Shown here: in pieces, positions 51,601 through 64,000 of the stretch
Layout: every line of letters starts with the position of its first letter
How positions within the stretch are numbered: position 1 is the stretch's first letter
NCBI GenBank assembly: GCA_964234715.1
Contig: OZ174279.1
DNA from: Podarcis melisellensis
Lineage: Eukaryota
Length of the DNA stretch: 64,000 bases
Strand: one strand, 5' to 3'
Made by a program: the position numbers and the translations under genes
Notes under the pieces: generated by a model
Seen by the model: only the letters and a program-made list of their open reading frames with translations
Told to the model about the DNA's origin: nothing
Database searches by the model: none

Positions 51601-51931
51601 GGGTATTTTACTAAAAATGCTACATCCTATGCATACAACATTCCAAATAACATTAAGAAAAAGCCATATTTCCAAGGGCAACAACCAGTAGTCAACTGCA
51701 TAATCAGACATGAGAGGTTTTGTTCAGATTTTATTGAAGCAAGCCTGCACAACTGCACATCTAAACATTATAAGAGGAAAATAGCTCCACAATTCTCTTC
51801 AACCACCTTTGGCCATTTCAAAGTGCTCTTTCATGGCTTGGAGACAATATTCACATTTTCCTATCTTTTGTTAGGAATAGAGTCTGCTTCTACAAGAAAC
51901 TTAGGTATTTAGCACAGCAGGAAGTTGAATT

Positions 51932-51969
51932 TCACTGGATATCGTCATCATCAAACATATCTTCAAAAT
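51932..51969 (-). CDS. COPS9: COP9 signalosome subunit 9, coding exon 3
   Basis: Acceptor tttttcttag; encodes (N)FEDMFDDDDIQ*; AATAAA on the minus strand at 51730-51735. Confidence 0.96.
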
Positions 51970-52699
51970 CTAAGAAAAACAAGGCAGTGAATTAACATCA
52001 TGCATATTAATTATTCTGATTTTTAAAAACAATTCTGAAGAGCTAAGCAACAATGCAAATTTCCCAGTAAAGTGAGAGACCTGAATCCAATTATCAAACT
52101 GTACAATAGATTCAATTGAAACCAGGAAGGAGGTTATTATTTATGGGAAAGTCTCCCTGCATGAGCGTGATTCTCTGGATACAACCCAGTGAGTTATGTT
52201 GTAAGCCTTGATATATGGACAGTTTCTTAAAATGGCTTCCTCCATCCCACCCTGTTTTAGATATTCAGGTTCCCACAAGTATGAACTCATACCACTCTCT
52301 CAGCCACAGTCACTTCTGGTTTCCTTACCATAGTTATTTTGCCCTCTCTGTAGCTATTATTTGTGCAAACACATATCTCTTCCATTCCTTAAGTGCCTTT
52401 GCAGGTGATGCACTTTGAAGCAGGCAAAGGAAACACCAAAACTCAGTGCAACACTACAGAAAACCTCCCCTATGCCCCCTGAAATTATGGAAAGCCAAAG
52501 GAAGGAAACTGTGCGCTGCTTGTCAGCAGACTTAAGGGCACTTCCCCAGAAAGTGGGTTTGTGGAAGCTTGCCCCGCATGTTCATTATAAGGGCTACTGA
52601 AAGTCACCAAAAACAATATACTGTACTAAAATGGTTACCATATGGAACCCACCAAGTCACATTTACTAAGTACCCCTGGGTTGTATTCAACTAAGTGTT

Positions 52700-52897
52700 A
52701 TTTATTTATATCCCACCTTTTTCTCCAAGGAGCTCAAGGTGACGTTCATGGTTTTACCCCTCCTCATTTAACCCCCCAAATAACTCTGTGAGGTAGTTTA
52801 GGGTGAGAAGCAGTGACTGGCCCAGAGTCACCCAGTGAGCTTCATGGCCGAGTGAGGATTTGAAGCCTGGTCTCCCAGGTCCTAGTCCGACACTCTG
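52700..52897 (-). mobile_element. MIR-like SINE in COPS9 intron 2
   Basis: Similar to the copy at 14955-15153. Confidence 0.75.
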
Positions 52898-53573
52898 AGT
52901 TGGCCCACTGAAACGAATGGACCTAAGTTAATCATGCCCATTCATTTCAATAGGCTTACTCTTGAGTATGACCAACATTGGATACAATGGAGTGGATATT
53001 CACCACATGGACCCCAAATTACAGTCTCATCACACTAGCTCTGGGCATTTCTGGAATAAACAGCTATAAATAAATGCAATTTGACGGATCAGCATACATT
53101 CTCCACATGTTACTATCACCATGCAGAAGCATTTCCCAGTAGTTTCTATATATCTGGCAACTCATTTAATAATAAAACTCCCCCCTCAAGAAAACCCCAA
53201 GACACACAATTGCCCTGGCACATGTATTTTGAGTTTAACAGATAATTTTTTTAAAAGTCTCCATCTATGGCTTAACCCTCCCCTCCTGCTATGGAAACTT
53301 TGTCCTCAGACAGGTTTTAGGCTTTAATTAAGGGAAGAAGACCCTATGATCCTCCAGATACTGCTGACCTCCCACTTCTACCATCCCTGGCCATTAACCA
53401 TGCTGGCTGGAGATGATGGGAATTGGGAGTTAGGATTCCAACAATTCTGGAGGGCCACAGGCCACACATACTTTAACTTCTAAATGGAAGCTTTTTTCTA
53501 AGTACTGGTTAGGAAATCAATTTACAATCTGCTGGACAGTGGCTAAAATAAACATGATGGGTTTAATAATTTA

Positions 53574-53687
<114 letters not shown>

Positions 53688-55099
53688 TCAAGTATAGCAG
53701 CAATATACAGAGAATCATTATTGCACTGTTCCATATACCCTTTCATCTTGGATCTCAAACTTCCAAATCTGACTGCCTATGATTTTCTGCCACTATACAC
53801 TTTCATCTCCTGCAGCCCTTACTGCAGTATAGTAGTTTAATCAGGCTTGACCCTCATTTTGTCCCTTTCAAGTGAAAGGATGCAAATAATCTTTTCATGC
53901 CCTAGGCTCCTTTGGCTAAAGGTGTGGGGTAAATAATAGCAATAATGGGAAAGCACCTGCCCAGAAATAATAATGGAAAATGAATTGCACAGAAATCCAT
54001 CAGTGTGCCAGGAGATGCCCTGCTGGGGAGATCTGCAGAACAGCAATGGAATAGAAGCAGTACCAAATGGAGCTTAGATTATGCCAGATCCAAATTTTTC
54101 AAAGTTGACCCAATAAATAGCTGACTAGGAAAAGCTACTTGCCTGGCTGATGCCATTTTGGTACCAGGCACAGATCTTTTTTTATTTCCCCCATCTTTTA
54201 ACTGTTTTTTTTTTGGAAGAAATAATTGTCACACCCAGGAAAGAATAATGATAACAGAGTTCCTCACTTGAAGTTTTACTAATTACTTAATGTAACAACA
54301 CAAATAGAAATCATCAAGAATGCAGCTGTTCTATAAGGGTTTATAAATTTAACTGGAATGTAACTGAAATTAATAAGATTTTGGAATGCAGAAAAAAACA
54401 TTGTTATAATGGGGCTATTATTGGAATAATATTGGAAAACTAATAGCAACTTATTTGTTTTTTTAAAGAGTAAAAGCATAATGCGAGGAAGTCTCATTAT
54501 TAAAACTCTGATCCAATGATCAGATGATGATTAAACATCAAACTAAAAAATGCCTTCCAACTGTTTCTGAAGAACAATGCAGGTGACAGATGTTCATACA
54601 CTGCCTTTATATGTTTAATTGTCATTCTGTTTTACTGCATGGCTTTTTAGTTCGTAACTTTTCCATAAGGCATCCTGACAGCAAATACTACTGGAAATAG
54701 AGAGGATGCAATGCTCACTTCTTGACAATGCATCCATACTTTCATTTTCTCCTCCTCATAAGACTCACAGACAACTGGATCAAGTTGCTAGGGGGAAAAT
54801 TAGCAACAAAAGGCTGAAGTTATTTTTGCCTCCCAGAGATATTCCTCTCTGTCTTTTTCAAAACCTCAGTATTATACAGGAAGCTCGAGCGTGCCTGTGG
54901 AACCCAAGTGCAAGCATGGGAGATGGGGAGCAGAACACGGGGGGTGGGGGACTGAAGGTTGGCCCCCAAAAAATCCTATCTCACCTTCACACATATTATC
55001 AGCGCATTTTTATGTCTGTTATATTCTATCGGTATTCAATTGTGGGGTTCCCCCCCCCTACGCTTTTATTCTGTTCATGTTTTTTATCTGTAAGCCGCC

Positions 55100-55720
<621 letters not shown>

Positions 55721-55956
55721 ATCCGGAGGAATAACTTTTACAAATTGGGCTGTTGTTAAAGCTTACCTGGGAATACGTCCCATTGGACTCAGCGGGGCTT
55801 GAATCAGAGAATTGAAATCAATAAGAAATAAATAAAACAATCAAACCTTCAATTCTAGAACGCGGGGAGGGGCGAGGACGGACCTAAATTATATAATTTG
55901 GTATTTGAATTATTGGTATTAGTGCTTTTTTTCTTTTAAAAAAATGTTTAGGAGTA

Positions 55957-56195
55957 CAGCCATACCTCGAATTACAGATGCTGCAGGTTGTGTTTTTTCG
56001 GCTTATGGACACGCCAAAAATCAGAAGTACCGGAACGGGATACTTCTGGGTTTCAGCGGTCGTGCATGCGCAGAAGTGCTAAATCGCGCTTTGCGCATGC
56101 GCAAAAGTGCTGGATCGCAACCCGCGCGTGCACAGACGCGGCGCTGCAGTTTGCGAACGTGCATCCCGCATGGATCGCAACCCGAGCATCCACTG
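55957..56195. mobile_element. Tc1/mariner MITE (related family)
   Basis: TA|cagccatacctcg ... cgagcatccactg|TA; CpG-rich interior. Confidence 0.7.
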
Positions 56196-56779
56196 TACTT
56201 TCATTTTCCTACTCATATTGAAATACGTCCCCTCAATGAGGCCAAACTTAGATTCACAAAATGTTTAGGGGTATGCGTACCCCCAGATAAAAAGCACTGA
56301 TATTAGTAATTGTATTATGAATTGGTATTGTTATAATGAGGCTATTATTGGAATGTAATTGAAAACTAATAAAAATTGTTATAAAAAAGACTCATAGAAT
56401 TGGAAGGGACCACGAGGGTCATCCATTCTGACCCCTGGCGATACAGGACTCTTTGTCCCCACCCCTAAAGCTGGGCTCAAACTCACAACCCTGAGATTAA
56501 TAAGAGGCCCATTGTCCTCCAACTGAGCTATCCAGAGGGTTTTAGAATTTTACTGTTGAAAAGCTTTAAAAAGATTCAAAGGAGGTAGACAAAGGCGTGA
56601 AAAAATGCCAGTGCGGTTGCTTTAAAAAATAAAAATAAATCACTCAGCCCACCTTGTGGGGAACAGAGTGGCAGGGAGTTGGGGGGATTGTGCAGGATGG
56701 CATGGGGTCCCCAGATGCCACTTTGTCCAGGGCACCTCAGACCTGGAAGCATCACTGCCTACTGCTATTCCTCAGAAGC

Positions 56780-57282
56780 TGCTTTATACCCAGAAACTAC
56801 AACTAATCCAGAATGCCGCAGCTAGACTGGTGACTGGGGGCGGCCGCCGAGAGCACATAACACCGGTCTTGAAAGACCTACATTGGCTCCCAATACGTTT
56901 CCGAGCACAATTCAAAGTGTTGGTGCTGACCTTTAAAGCCCTAAACGGCCTTGGTCCAGTATACCTGAAGGAGCGTCTCCACCCCAATCATTCTACCCGG
57001 ACACTGAGGTCTAGCGCCGAGGGCCTTCTGGCGGTTCCCTCATTGCGAGAAGCAAAGCTGCAGGGAACCAGGTAGAGGGCCTTCTCGGTAGTGGTGCCCT
57101 TCCTGTGGAACGCCCTCCCATCAGAGTCAAAGCGATAAACAACTACCTGACATTTAGAAGACATCTTAAGGCAGCCCTGTTCAGGGAAGTTTTAATGTGT
57201 GACATTTTAGTGTATTTTTGGTCTCTCTGGAAGCCACCCAGAGTTACTGGGGAAACCCAGCCACATGGGCAGGGTACAAATA

Positions 57283-57328
<46 letters not shown>

Positions 57329-57330
57329 TA
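56780..57330 (+). mobile_element. L2-like LINE 3' end with (AAT)n tail
   Basis: QKLQLIQNAAARLVTG...HITPVLKDLHWLPIRFRAQFKVLVLTFKALNG is the typical L2 ORF2 C-terminus. Confidence 0.88.
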
Positions 57331-57876
57331 ATTATACTGAAATCAGACCATTGGTTCATCTAGCTCAGTACTGTCCACACTGCCTGGCAGTGGATCTCAA
57401 GGGTTTTAAGAATGAGGCCTTCCCAGCTGTACCAAAGTCATGGGAGGTTGTGGGAGGCAAAACGTGCTTCACCACTGAGCCAAGTCTTTCTGATCCTGGA
57501 AGCAGTATGTAGTCATCAAAACTGTAGCCATGGACAGACTTATCTTCTACAAATTAGTCTAATCTCCTTTAAAAACAGTTTTAGCCGTCATATCTTGTCG
57601 TAGCAGCTTCTATACTTTAACCATGCACTGTGTGAGTGACAACCAATTCTTTTTATCTGTTCTAAATCTCCAACTTCATTGGATGACGCCTGGATCTAGC
57701 ATTATTTGAAAAGGAGAAAAACTTCCTCCACATATGCATCATTTTATATTCTTCTGTCATGTCCACCCTCACCTTTTTTTTCTAAACTAAAAGGATTCAG
57801 TTTCTCATAGCACTAATCTTAGTTGCTCTTTTCAAACTCTGCAACATCCTTTTTGAGATGCTGTTTCCCGAACCAT

Positions 57877-58198
57877 AGGTAAAAAGGTTCCCCTGACTGT
57901 TAGGTCCAGTCACGAACGACTCATCTCGCTCTATAGGCCGAGGGAGCCGGTGTTTGTCCACAGACAGCTTCCAGGTCATGTGGCCAGCATGACTAAGCAG
58001 CTTCTGGCAAACCAGAGCAGTGCACGGAAATACCATTTACCTTCCTGCCAGAGTGGTACCTATTTATCTGCCTGCACTGTGCTTTTGAAGTGCTAGGTGG
58101 GCAGGAGCTGGGACCAAACAACAGGAGCTCACCCCATCGCGGGGATTTGAACTGCCAACCTTCTAATTGGCAAGCCCTAGGTGCAGTGGTTTAGAACC
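57877..58198 (-). mobile_element. Sauria SINE
   Basis: Same core as the copies at 28342 and 46207. Confidence 0.85.
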
Positions 58199-58501
58199 AT
58201 ACTGTGTTCCTAATCATAGACGCATGCAATGTCATCACACAGATTTATAGAACTATGGATACATGAGGCTCTAGAGAAAACAGCATTAGAATTAAATAAT
58301 TCTTTATTCTGCTTGCAAAAAAGGTAAATAGTAAGTATATATATTCTAGTAAAAAAGAGGCCACACTAAGATTAACATTAGAAGTACCAGGAACAGAAGT
58401 TACGTATTTGATATAAAAGAAGCAGTGGAATAACACAGTTGTTAGAAAAGCAATTCTGGTGATCCGTTGGTATTGGAAATTGTTGGGAATCGCCAAGTGA
58501 G

Positions 58502-58750
<249 letters not shown>

Positions 58751-60128
58751 TCATGCTACCTAAACAAATACATTTTAGTCGCATTCCCTGAATGGGGCTG
58801 CTGCTACCCTTTAGCACAGTTGCCTTAATAAACAGTATGATGCTTGCATCTGTTTCCCAACATATTCAAAGTATTTTAAGCTGCTGTTTAGAGCTACGTC
58901 CTCGTGAAGCGAGTGAGAGAGAAGGTACAACAGGAAAACAGTCGCTGCAGAGGGGATGTGCTGATTAGTTAGTATGAGAAGTTGCCCTGACATCACAAGC
59001 TATATGTGGCATCCATTAAAGGTAGCCATGGAGATGAAGGAAGGTCTTCAGGGCCCACTACCATATTGGTCCAAAGATTAGCTGCTTTTGAATATTGGCC
59101 ACAGCTATCTTTAAAAGAAATAAAAATAGGCCCTAAATCTCTGGCAACATCCAGTGCTTTTTACAATTTAAAGAGAACATGGAACCTCTAGTGTTTTTTC
59201 TCACCAGGCAACTAGCACCACCTGTTGAGAAGGCTGGGTGATCCTTTTACCAAAACTATGAAGTAAATGGAAATTCCATGCAGTTTCCAAGGTCTCCTCT
59301 TAAATCACAGTTTCTTTATGTATAAAAGTGCTACCAGAGGCCACACTCCAGTTTTATACACACCAGGTTGGGGCGGAGGGAGTGTTTCTGCTACATGAAT
59401 ATGCTTCTCATTGTGTTGAATGCTGCTTTTCTCCTCCTCCTGATTGCCTCAAATGTTTGGGGAGATTGAAAGAAAAAGCAACCAGACCCCGAAACATTGA
59501 AATATGAAGTCATAGAATCCATGGTGGGCCTTTGAAGCATGGTATATAAATCCAAATAACCCTAGGAGAGTGAATAGTGCTACATAATACTTAAATTTCA
59601 AGTTCAGCTGGATGGGGCCATATAATTTAGCTTTAATCAACACTGTGCTGCCAATTTGATTAATGTGCTCTGGCCAGGGGAATCAATGGCCATCTGTCTG
59701 ACTGCAACTGGTTCCATGGAGACCCAATTCCGGGATGCAAAGTTCTAGCTTCAGAAACTAGATGGAGGCAGCACTGTTTCACATCTGCAACTCCGGATTC
59801 AGGAGTGCTGCAGCCATCCTAATTGTTATTAATTCAGTATCATTGCAATTTGTGCTATTTCATATGGTGATTTACATTCTGCCTTGCGAACAGTTTCTTA
59901 AAAAGGAAAACCTTTATGTGTGTTTGTAATTTTGGCATTTGCAGGTTTTAGTTCCTGTTCCTACTAAATGTTGAATTGATGTTTTCTTGGGGGTGTCTGA
60001 TGCGACTCAGTTTCTTTCAAATCTCCTCTGACATTTGATCAAACTTCACATTTGCAAGAATTCCCATTTTTAGACAAACTAGAGATGGGATTGAGCGAGA
60101 CAACCACAAACAAACAAAATCCCTTTAC

Positions 60129-60155
60129 CTTCTTCATCCTCGATCGGTCTGGCAT
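60129..60155 (-). CDS. OTOS: Otospiralin, 27-nt micro-exon
   Basis: tacag|ATGCCAGACCGATCGAGGATGAAGAAG|gtaaag gives (D)ARPIEDEE; phases match both neighbouring exons; resembles mammalian AKPVQEEG. Confidence 0.88.
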
Positions 60156-60433
60156 CTGTAATTAGGGAAGAAATTCATCATCAGCCACTCAGTGAAAAGT
60201 CAAAGTTTTACAAAGAGCTGCTACTCCGTCACCACAAAACTAATAAGCAGCTAAGTTTCTGGTTTTCAAAATACTGTAATAAAAGAATAATATGTTTCAA
60301 CTCTCACTACACATCGGGAAATTAAACATTCATTATATTTGAATGCTGTATCATATTCCAAGCATATTGCAATGAAGAAAGTAACTGATGGGAGGGGGTT
60401 TGAAACAATATATATCTATTGCAATAAAGTTAC

Positions 60434-60485
60434 CTGTTTGTGTGTTCACCAAAATGCAAACTATGACCACAAAGATTAACTTCAT
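60434..60485 (-). CDS. OTOS: Otospiralin, first coding exon (signal peptide)
   Basis: Acceptor ttccttgcag 5 nt before the ATG; encodes MKLIFVVIVCILVNTQT plus G; donor gtaact. Confidence 0.85.
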
Positions 60486-60793
60486 CTTTCCTGCAAGGAA
60501 TATTTGTGTCTGAAGTTTAGCCTGTATGAATAATAATAATAATAATATTAATAATAATAATAAAATCAAAATATAGAAAGGCTCAACCTACATATTTTCT
60601 TTCTGCATAAAATACACCTTTTTGTCTTATGAACAGAACACAACCCATTACATTATTAATTGCAAAACTTTTTTATTTACAAAGTACAATTCTGCTCTTT
60701 TGTCAAGCCCCCTGCAAACACCTACATTTTGCATGAAATTTGATACCTTGGAAACCACTTACTATTGGGGTTGGTTTTAACTTCAGAAATTAC

Positions 60794-60940
60794 CTTCCCT
60801 TCTTTCTTTTAAATCAGCGGACGTTTGTAGCTTTGAGTCAGCCGCAAAATCCTGAAGGAGCTTCTATTGCTGCAAAATAGCAGTACTGTTTTGAAGAGGC
60901 TGGAGGACTGTTTGTAAGGGAAGGAACGTCACTCACACAG
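60794..60940 (-). other. OTOS: Candidate non-coding first exon of OTOS
   Basis: The ATG exon has its own acceptor, so an upstream exon is needed; a good donor GAAG|gtaatt sits at 60794/60793. The 5' end is a guess. Confidence 0.4.
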
Positions 60941-61714
60941 CACACCAATCTGACTCTTTCATCCTAATCTTGAGATGTTTACAGTGTGCTGCTAATATGA
61001 ATTGGGTGGTAGAATATCAGTGGTGCAAAACTGCAAATCTTGGGAGTCTTTTATTTTTTGCCATTTCACTTGTATGGAATCCAGGATCCAACTTCAGTCA
61101 TCTTTAATATATTGTTGCGTAATCTAGTGTACCATACCTGGTGTTAAGTGCTGTGTGTATGACTCTGCTGAGTGGACAGAAAATCTCAGAGTTAATTTTT
61201 AGGACAGCCAGATAATTCAGTTTCAGTCATAGTACTTGAATTTAAAGTAGTTTGTTCCTACTGAAGCACATAAGGTTAATGCCCTAATCTTAAACTCCTG
61301 TGATAGTATGTCTGCCTTGGTTGTCTGAGGTAAGTCATAAATCATCTTAAATCCTAGCAGTATTTAATGGTGTTCTGGATTGGATTGCCTGACATTCCAG
61401 TTTATTCTCTGTAAGAGTAGATCTTTTCAACCAGAAGGCTTTAATGATGATGATGATGATACTGGCAGCAGGAATTGCTTTTGAGTTAAGTGATTATAAC
61501 TTTCATTTTTTCACCGCTATTTCAGGTGTGGGGGAACAGTTGGAACATGCTGTTTTGTGCTGTTTAAGCTGCTAAAGGTGCCTCGTGGATTTTAGTCTAC
61601 AGCAAAAAAAGTTAAGAGGGAAATTGAATTCCGAGGCATTTTGCTGCTTCTACAAAGACAGCTTAGAAAGTGCTGCAGATTTGTTGGTTCGCTTCACAAC
61701 GATTCTATTGAAAG

Positions 61715-62057
61715 ATGCAGAGGACCTACTTAACCCCAGTAAAATTAGCAAAAATGTATAGAACAAGTACCAATATATGTTGGAAATGTAAAGGGAAAGA
61801 AGGTAAATGGAATTGTAATGCAACAAAAAAATTCTGGGAAATGATATATAATGAAATGAAAAAAATGTTTAAAATAACCTTTGCTAAAAAACCAGAAGCT
61901 TTTTATTAGGAATTATAGGTACCACGATCCCAAAGATCAGAGGAAACTGGTCACATATGCTACAATGGCCGCTCGGATGCTACTAGCCCAGAGACGGAAG
62001 GAAGAGGAAACCCCGACCAAAGAAGAATGGCAAATCAAGCTGATGGACGATGCCGAA
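61715..62057 (+). mobile_element. L1-clade LINE ORF2 C-terminal fragment
   Basis: YLTPVKLAKMY...CWKC...FWEMIYNEMKK...PTKEEWQIKLMD. Confidence 0.82.
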
Positions 62058-62278
62058 AGTCAGCATGGTGCATCAGCGGAGCCAACTGCTACTGATCCTG
62101 CCTACTTTTGCCGCAGCTTCTACCCACCACCCAACCCCCAGACTGAAAAAGGTTGTCTGCTCCTGATTTAGGTGGTAGTTTGTGTCTTAAAGATGCAGGT
62201 CACTAAGTGGGCCATTATCTGCCGTGGTTTGTTAAACCTTCTAAGAACCTTCAAAGCCAATAGCTCTGTCCAGCAGTA

Positions 62279-62509
62279 CAGTGGTACCTCAGGTTAAGAA
62301 CTTACTTCGTTCTGGAGGTCCGTTCTTAATCTGAAACTGTTCTTAACCTGAGGTACCACTTTAGCTAATGGGGCCTCCCACTGCCGCCGCACGATTTCTG
62401 TTCTCATCCTGAAGCAAAGTTCTTAACCCAAGGTACTATTTCTGGGTTAGCAGAGTCTGTAGCCTGAAGCGTCTGTAACCTGAAACGTTTGTAACCCGAG
62501 GTACCACTG
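62279..62509. mobile_element. Tc1/mariner MITE (family A)
   Basis: TIRs and TA TSD. Confidence 0.9.
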
Positions 62510-63294
62510 TACTGCCCATTCCATGAAAGCTGTCATGTAAAGCTCAAGATATACAACAGCATTGTTCCTCACAGCGCTTCATACCTTCCTTACACTCCTT
62601 CCTAACTAAGGAAGAAAATTGCCTCCAGGGGTTTGATCAGAACTGCATCCTATTATCCTGAAAGATTTATAGTAGCCACCACTCTTGTTCCAAGCATTAG
62701 AGCAAGCCATGGTTGTTCATTTTCATAAGCTGAAAGAAAATATGTCTCCCTCTGAGCCCTGTATCAATGATTGCTGACCAAGTTTCAACACAACATGCAG
62801 CCCTAAGTAATTTTCCCTTCACTTCTCAAACAATTCATGCAGCCTGACAAAAAGCATCTGCAACTGAGGCACCTGCTAGGGAACACTGGGACCGAATTAG
62901 CATTGTAGTCTGTAGTTCTCATTAACCAGCATATCCCAGAATGAATTCCCATCAGTGTAGGACACAGGAGCTAGTCAAGCACCAAGGTGTATCACTTAAT
63001 CTTATATCCACCTATTTGCCATCTAAGGGAAAGGTTCTCCTCGCTCCCCACAAACATAACATACTGAAAGTATAACAGAAATGCAATTTAGTAATGCTCC
63101 CCACAATTAACTTTTTAGTGACAACTAAAGTGAAGTACTTAATATTGTGTATAAATGATTCTGGATGCATGAAATAGTTCTGTAATCCACACTATAATTT
63201 ATTTTTCAGATAGGTATATTTTACATCAGTATGCACTGGTGGCAAGAAAATGTGATGTGGAAAGTGTCTTGATCTTTAAGTTTTATCTCACCTT

Positions 63295-64000
63295 AGAATC
63301 ATAGAATCATAGAGTTGGAAGAGACCACAAGGGCCATTGAGTCCAACCCCCTGCCAAGCAGCAAACACCATCAGAGCACTCCTGACATATGGTTGTCAAG
63401 CCTCTGCTTAAAGACCTCCAAAGAAGGAGACTCCACCACACTCCTTGGCAGCAAATTCCACTCTCAAACAGCTCTTACTGTTAGGAAGTTCTTCCTAATG
63501 TTTAGGTGGAATCTTCTTTCTTGTACTTTGGAACCATTGCTCCGTGTCCGCTTCTCTGGAGCAGCAGAAAACAACCTTTCTCCCTCCTCTATGTGACATC
63601 CTTTTATATATTTGAACATGGCTATCATATCACCCCTTAACCTCCTCTTCTCCAGGCTAAACATGCCCAGCTCCCTTAGCCGTTCCTCATAAGGCATCGT
63701 TTCCAGGCCTTTGACCATTTTGGTTGCCCTCCTCTGGACACGTTCCAGTTTGTCAGTGTCCTTCTTGAACTGTGGTGCCCAGAACTGGACACAGTACTCC
63801 AGGTGAGGTCTGACCAGAGCAGAATACAGTGGCACTATTACTTCCCTTGATCTAGATGCTATACTCCTATTGATGCAGCCCAGAATTGCATTGGCTTTTT
63901 TAGCTGCCGCATCACACTGTTGGCTCATGTCAAGTTTGTGGTCAACCAAGACTCCTAGATCCTTTTCACATGTACTGCTCTCAAGCCAGGTGTCACCCAT
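63295..64000 (-). mobile_element. CR1 LINE 3' end (continues beyond the window)
   Basis: [32 protein letters not shown]...[20 protein letters not shown]; (attctatg)n tail. Confidence 0.95.

Noticed and set aside
54524-54570. C/D-box-like ATGATGA...CTGA
   Set aside because: Only about 47 nt long and antisense to the host COPS9 intron.

Overview
Repeat-rich vertebrate genomic DNA, almost certainly from a squamate and probably a lizard (Sauria SINEs, BovB, CR1, L2, squamate L1, many Tc1/mariner and hAT MITEs). Three intact spliced genes can be rebuilt with canonical GT-AG junctions. ADIPOQ (+) has coding exons 36550-36769 and 38781-39310 (249 aa). COPS9/MYEOV2 (-) has three coding exons across 55449-51932 (57 aa). 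OTOS/otospiralin (-) has three coding exons across 60485-58502 (87 aa). The most striking feature is a 778-bp non-autonomous hAT transposon (40122-40899, with TIRs and an 8-bp TSD) just past the ADIPOQ poly(A) signals. It carries a captured genomic copy of CRPPA/ISPD exon 1 with upstream sequence, splice donor and the start of intron 1, making it a vertebrate Pack-TIR-type gene capture. Also present are a second candidate capture element (26293-26915), an orphan intronless TPCN1 fragment (13765-13978), a 60-bp hairpin-unit minisatellite bracketed by perfect inverted repeats, a solo LTR almost filled by an ORF, and a truncated Tc1 transposase. Gene and repeat identities come from recalled sequence similarity; no search was run.
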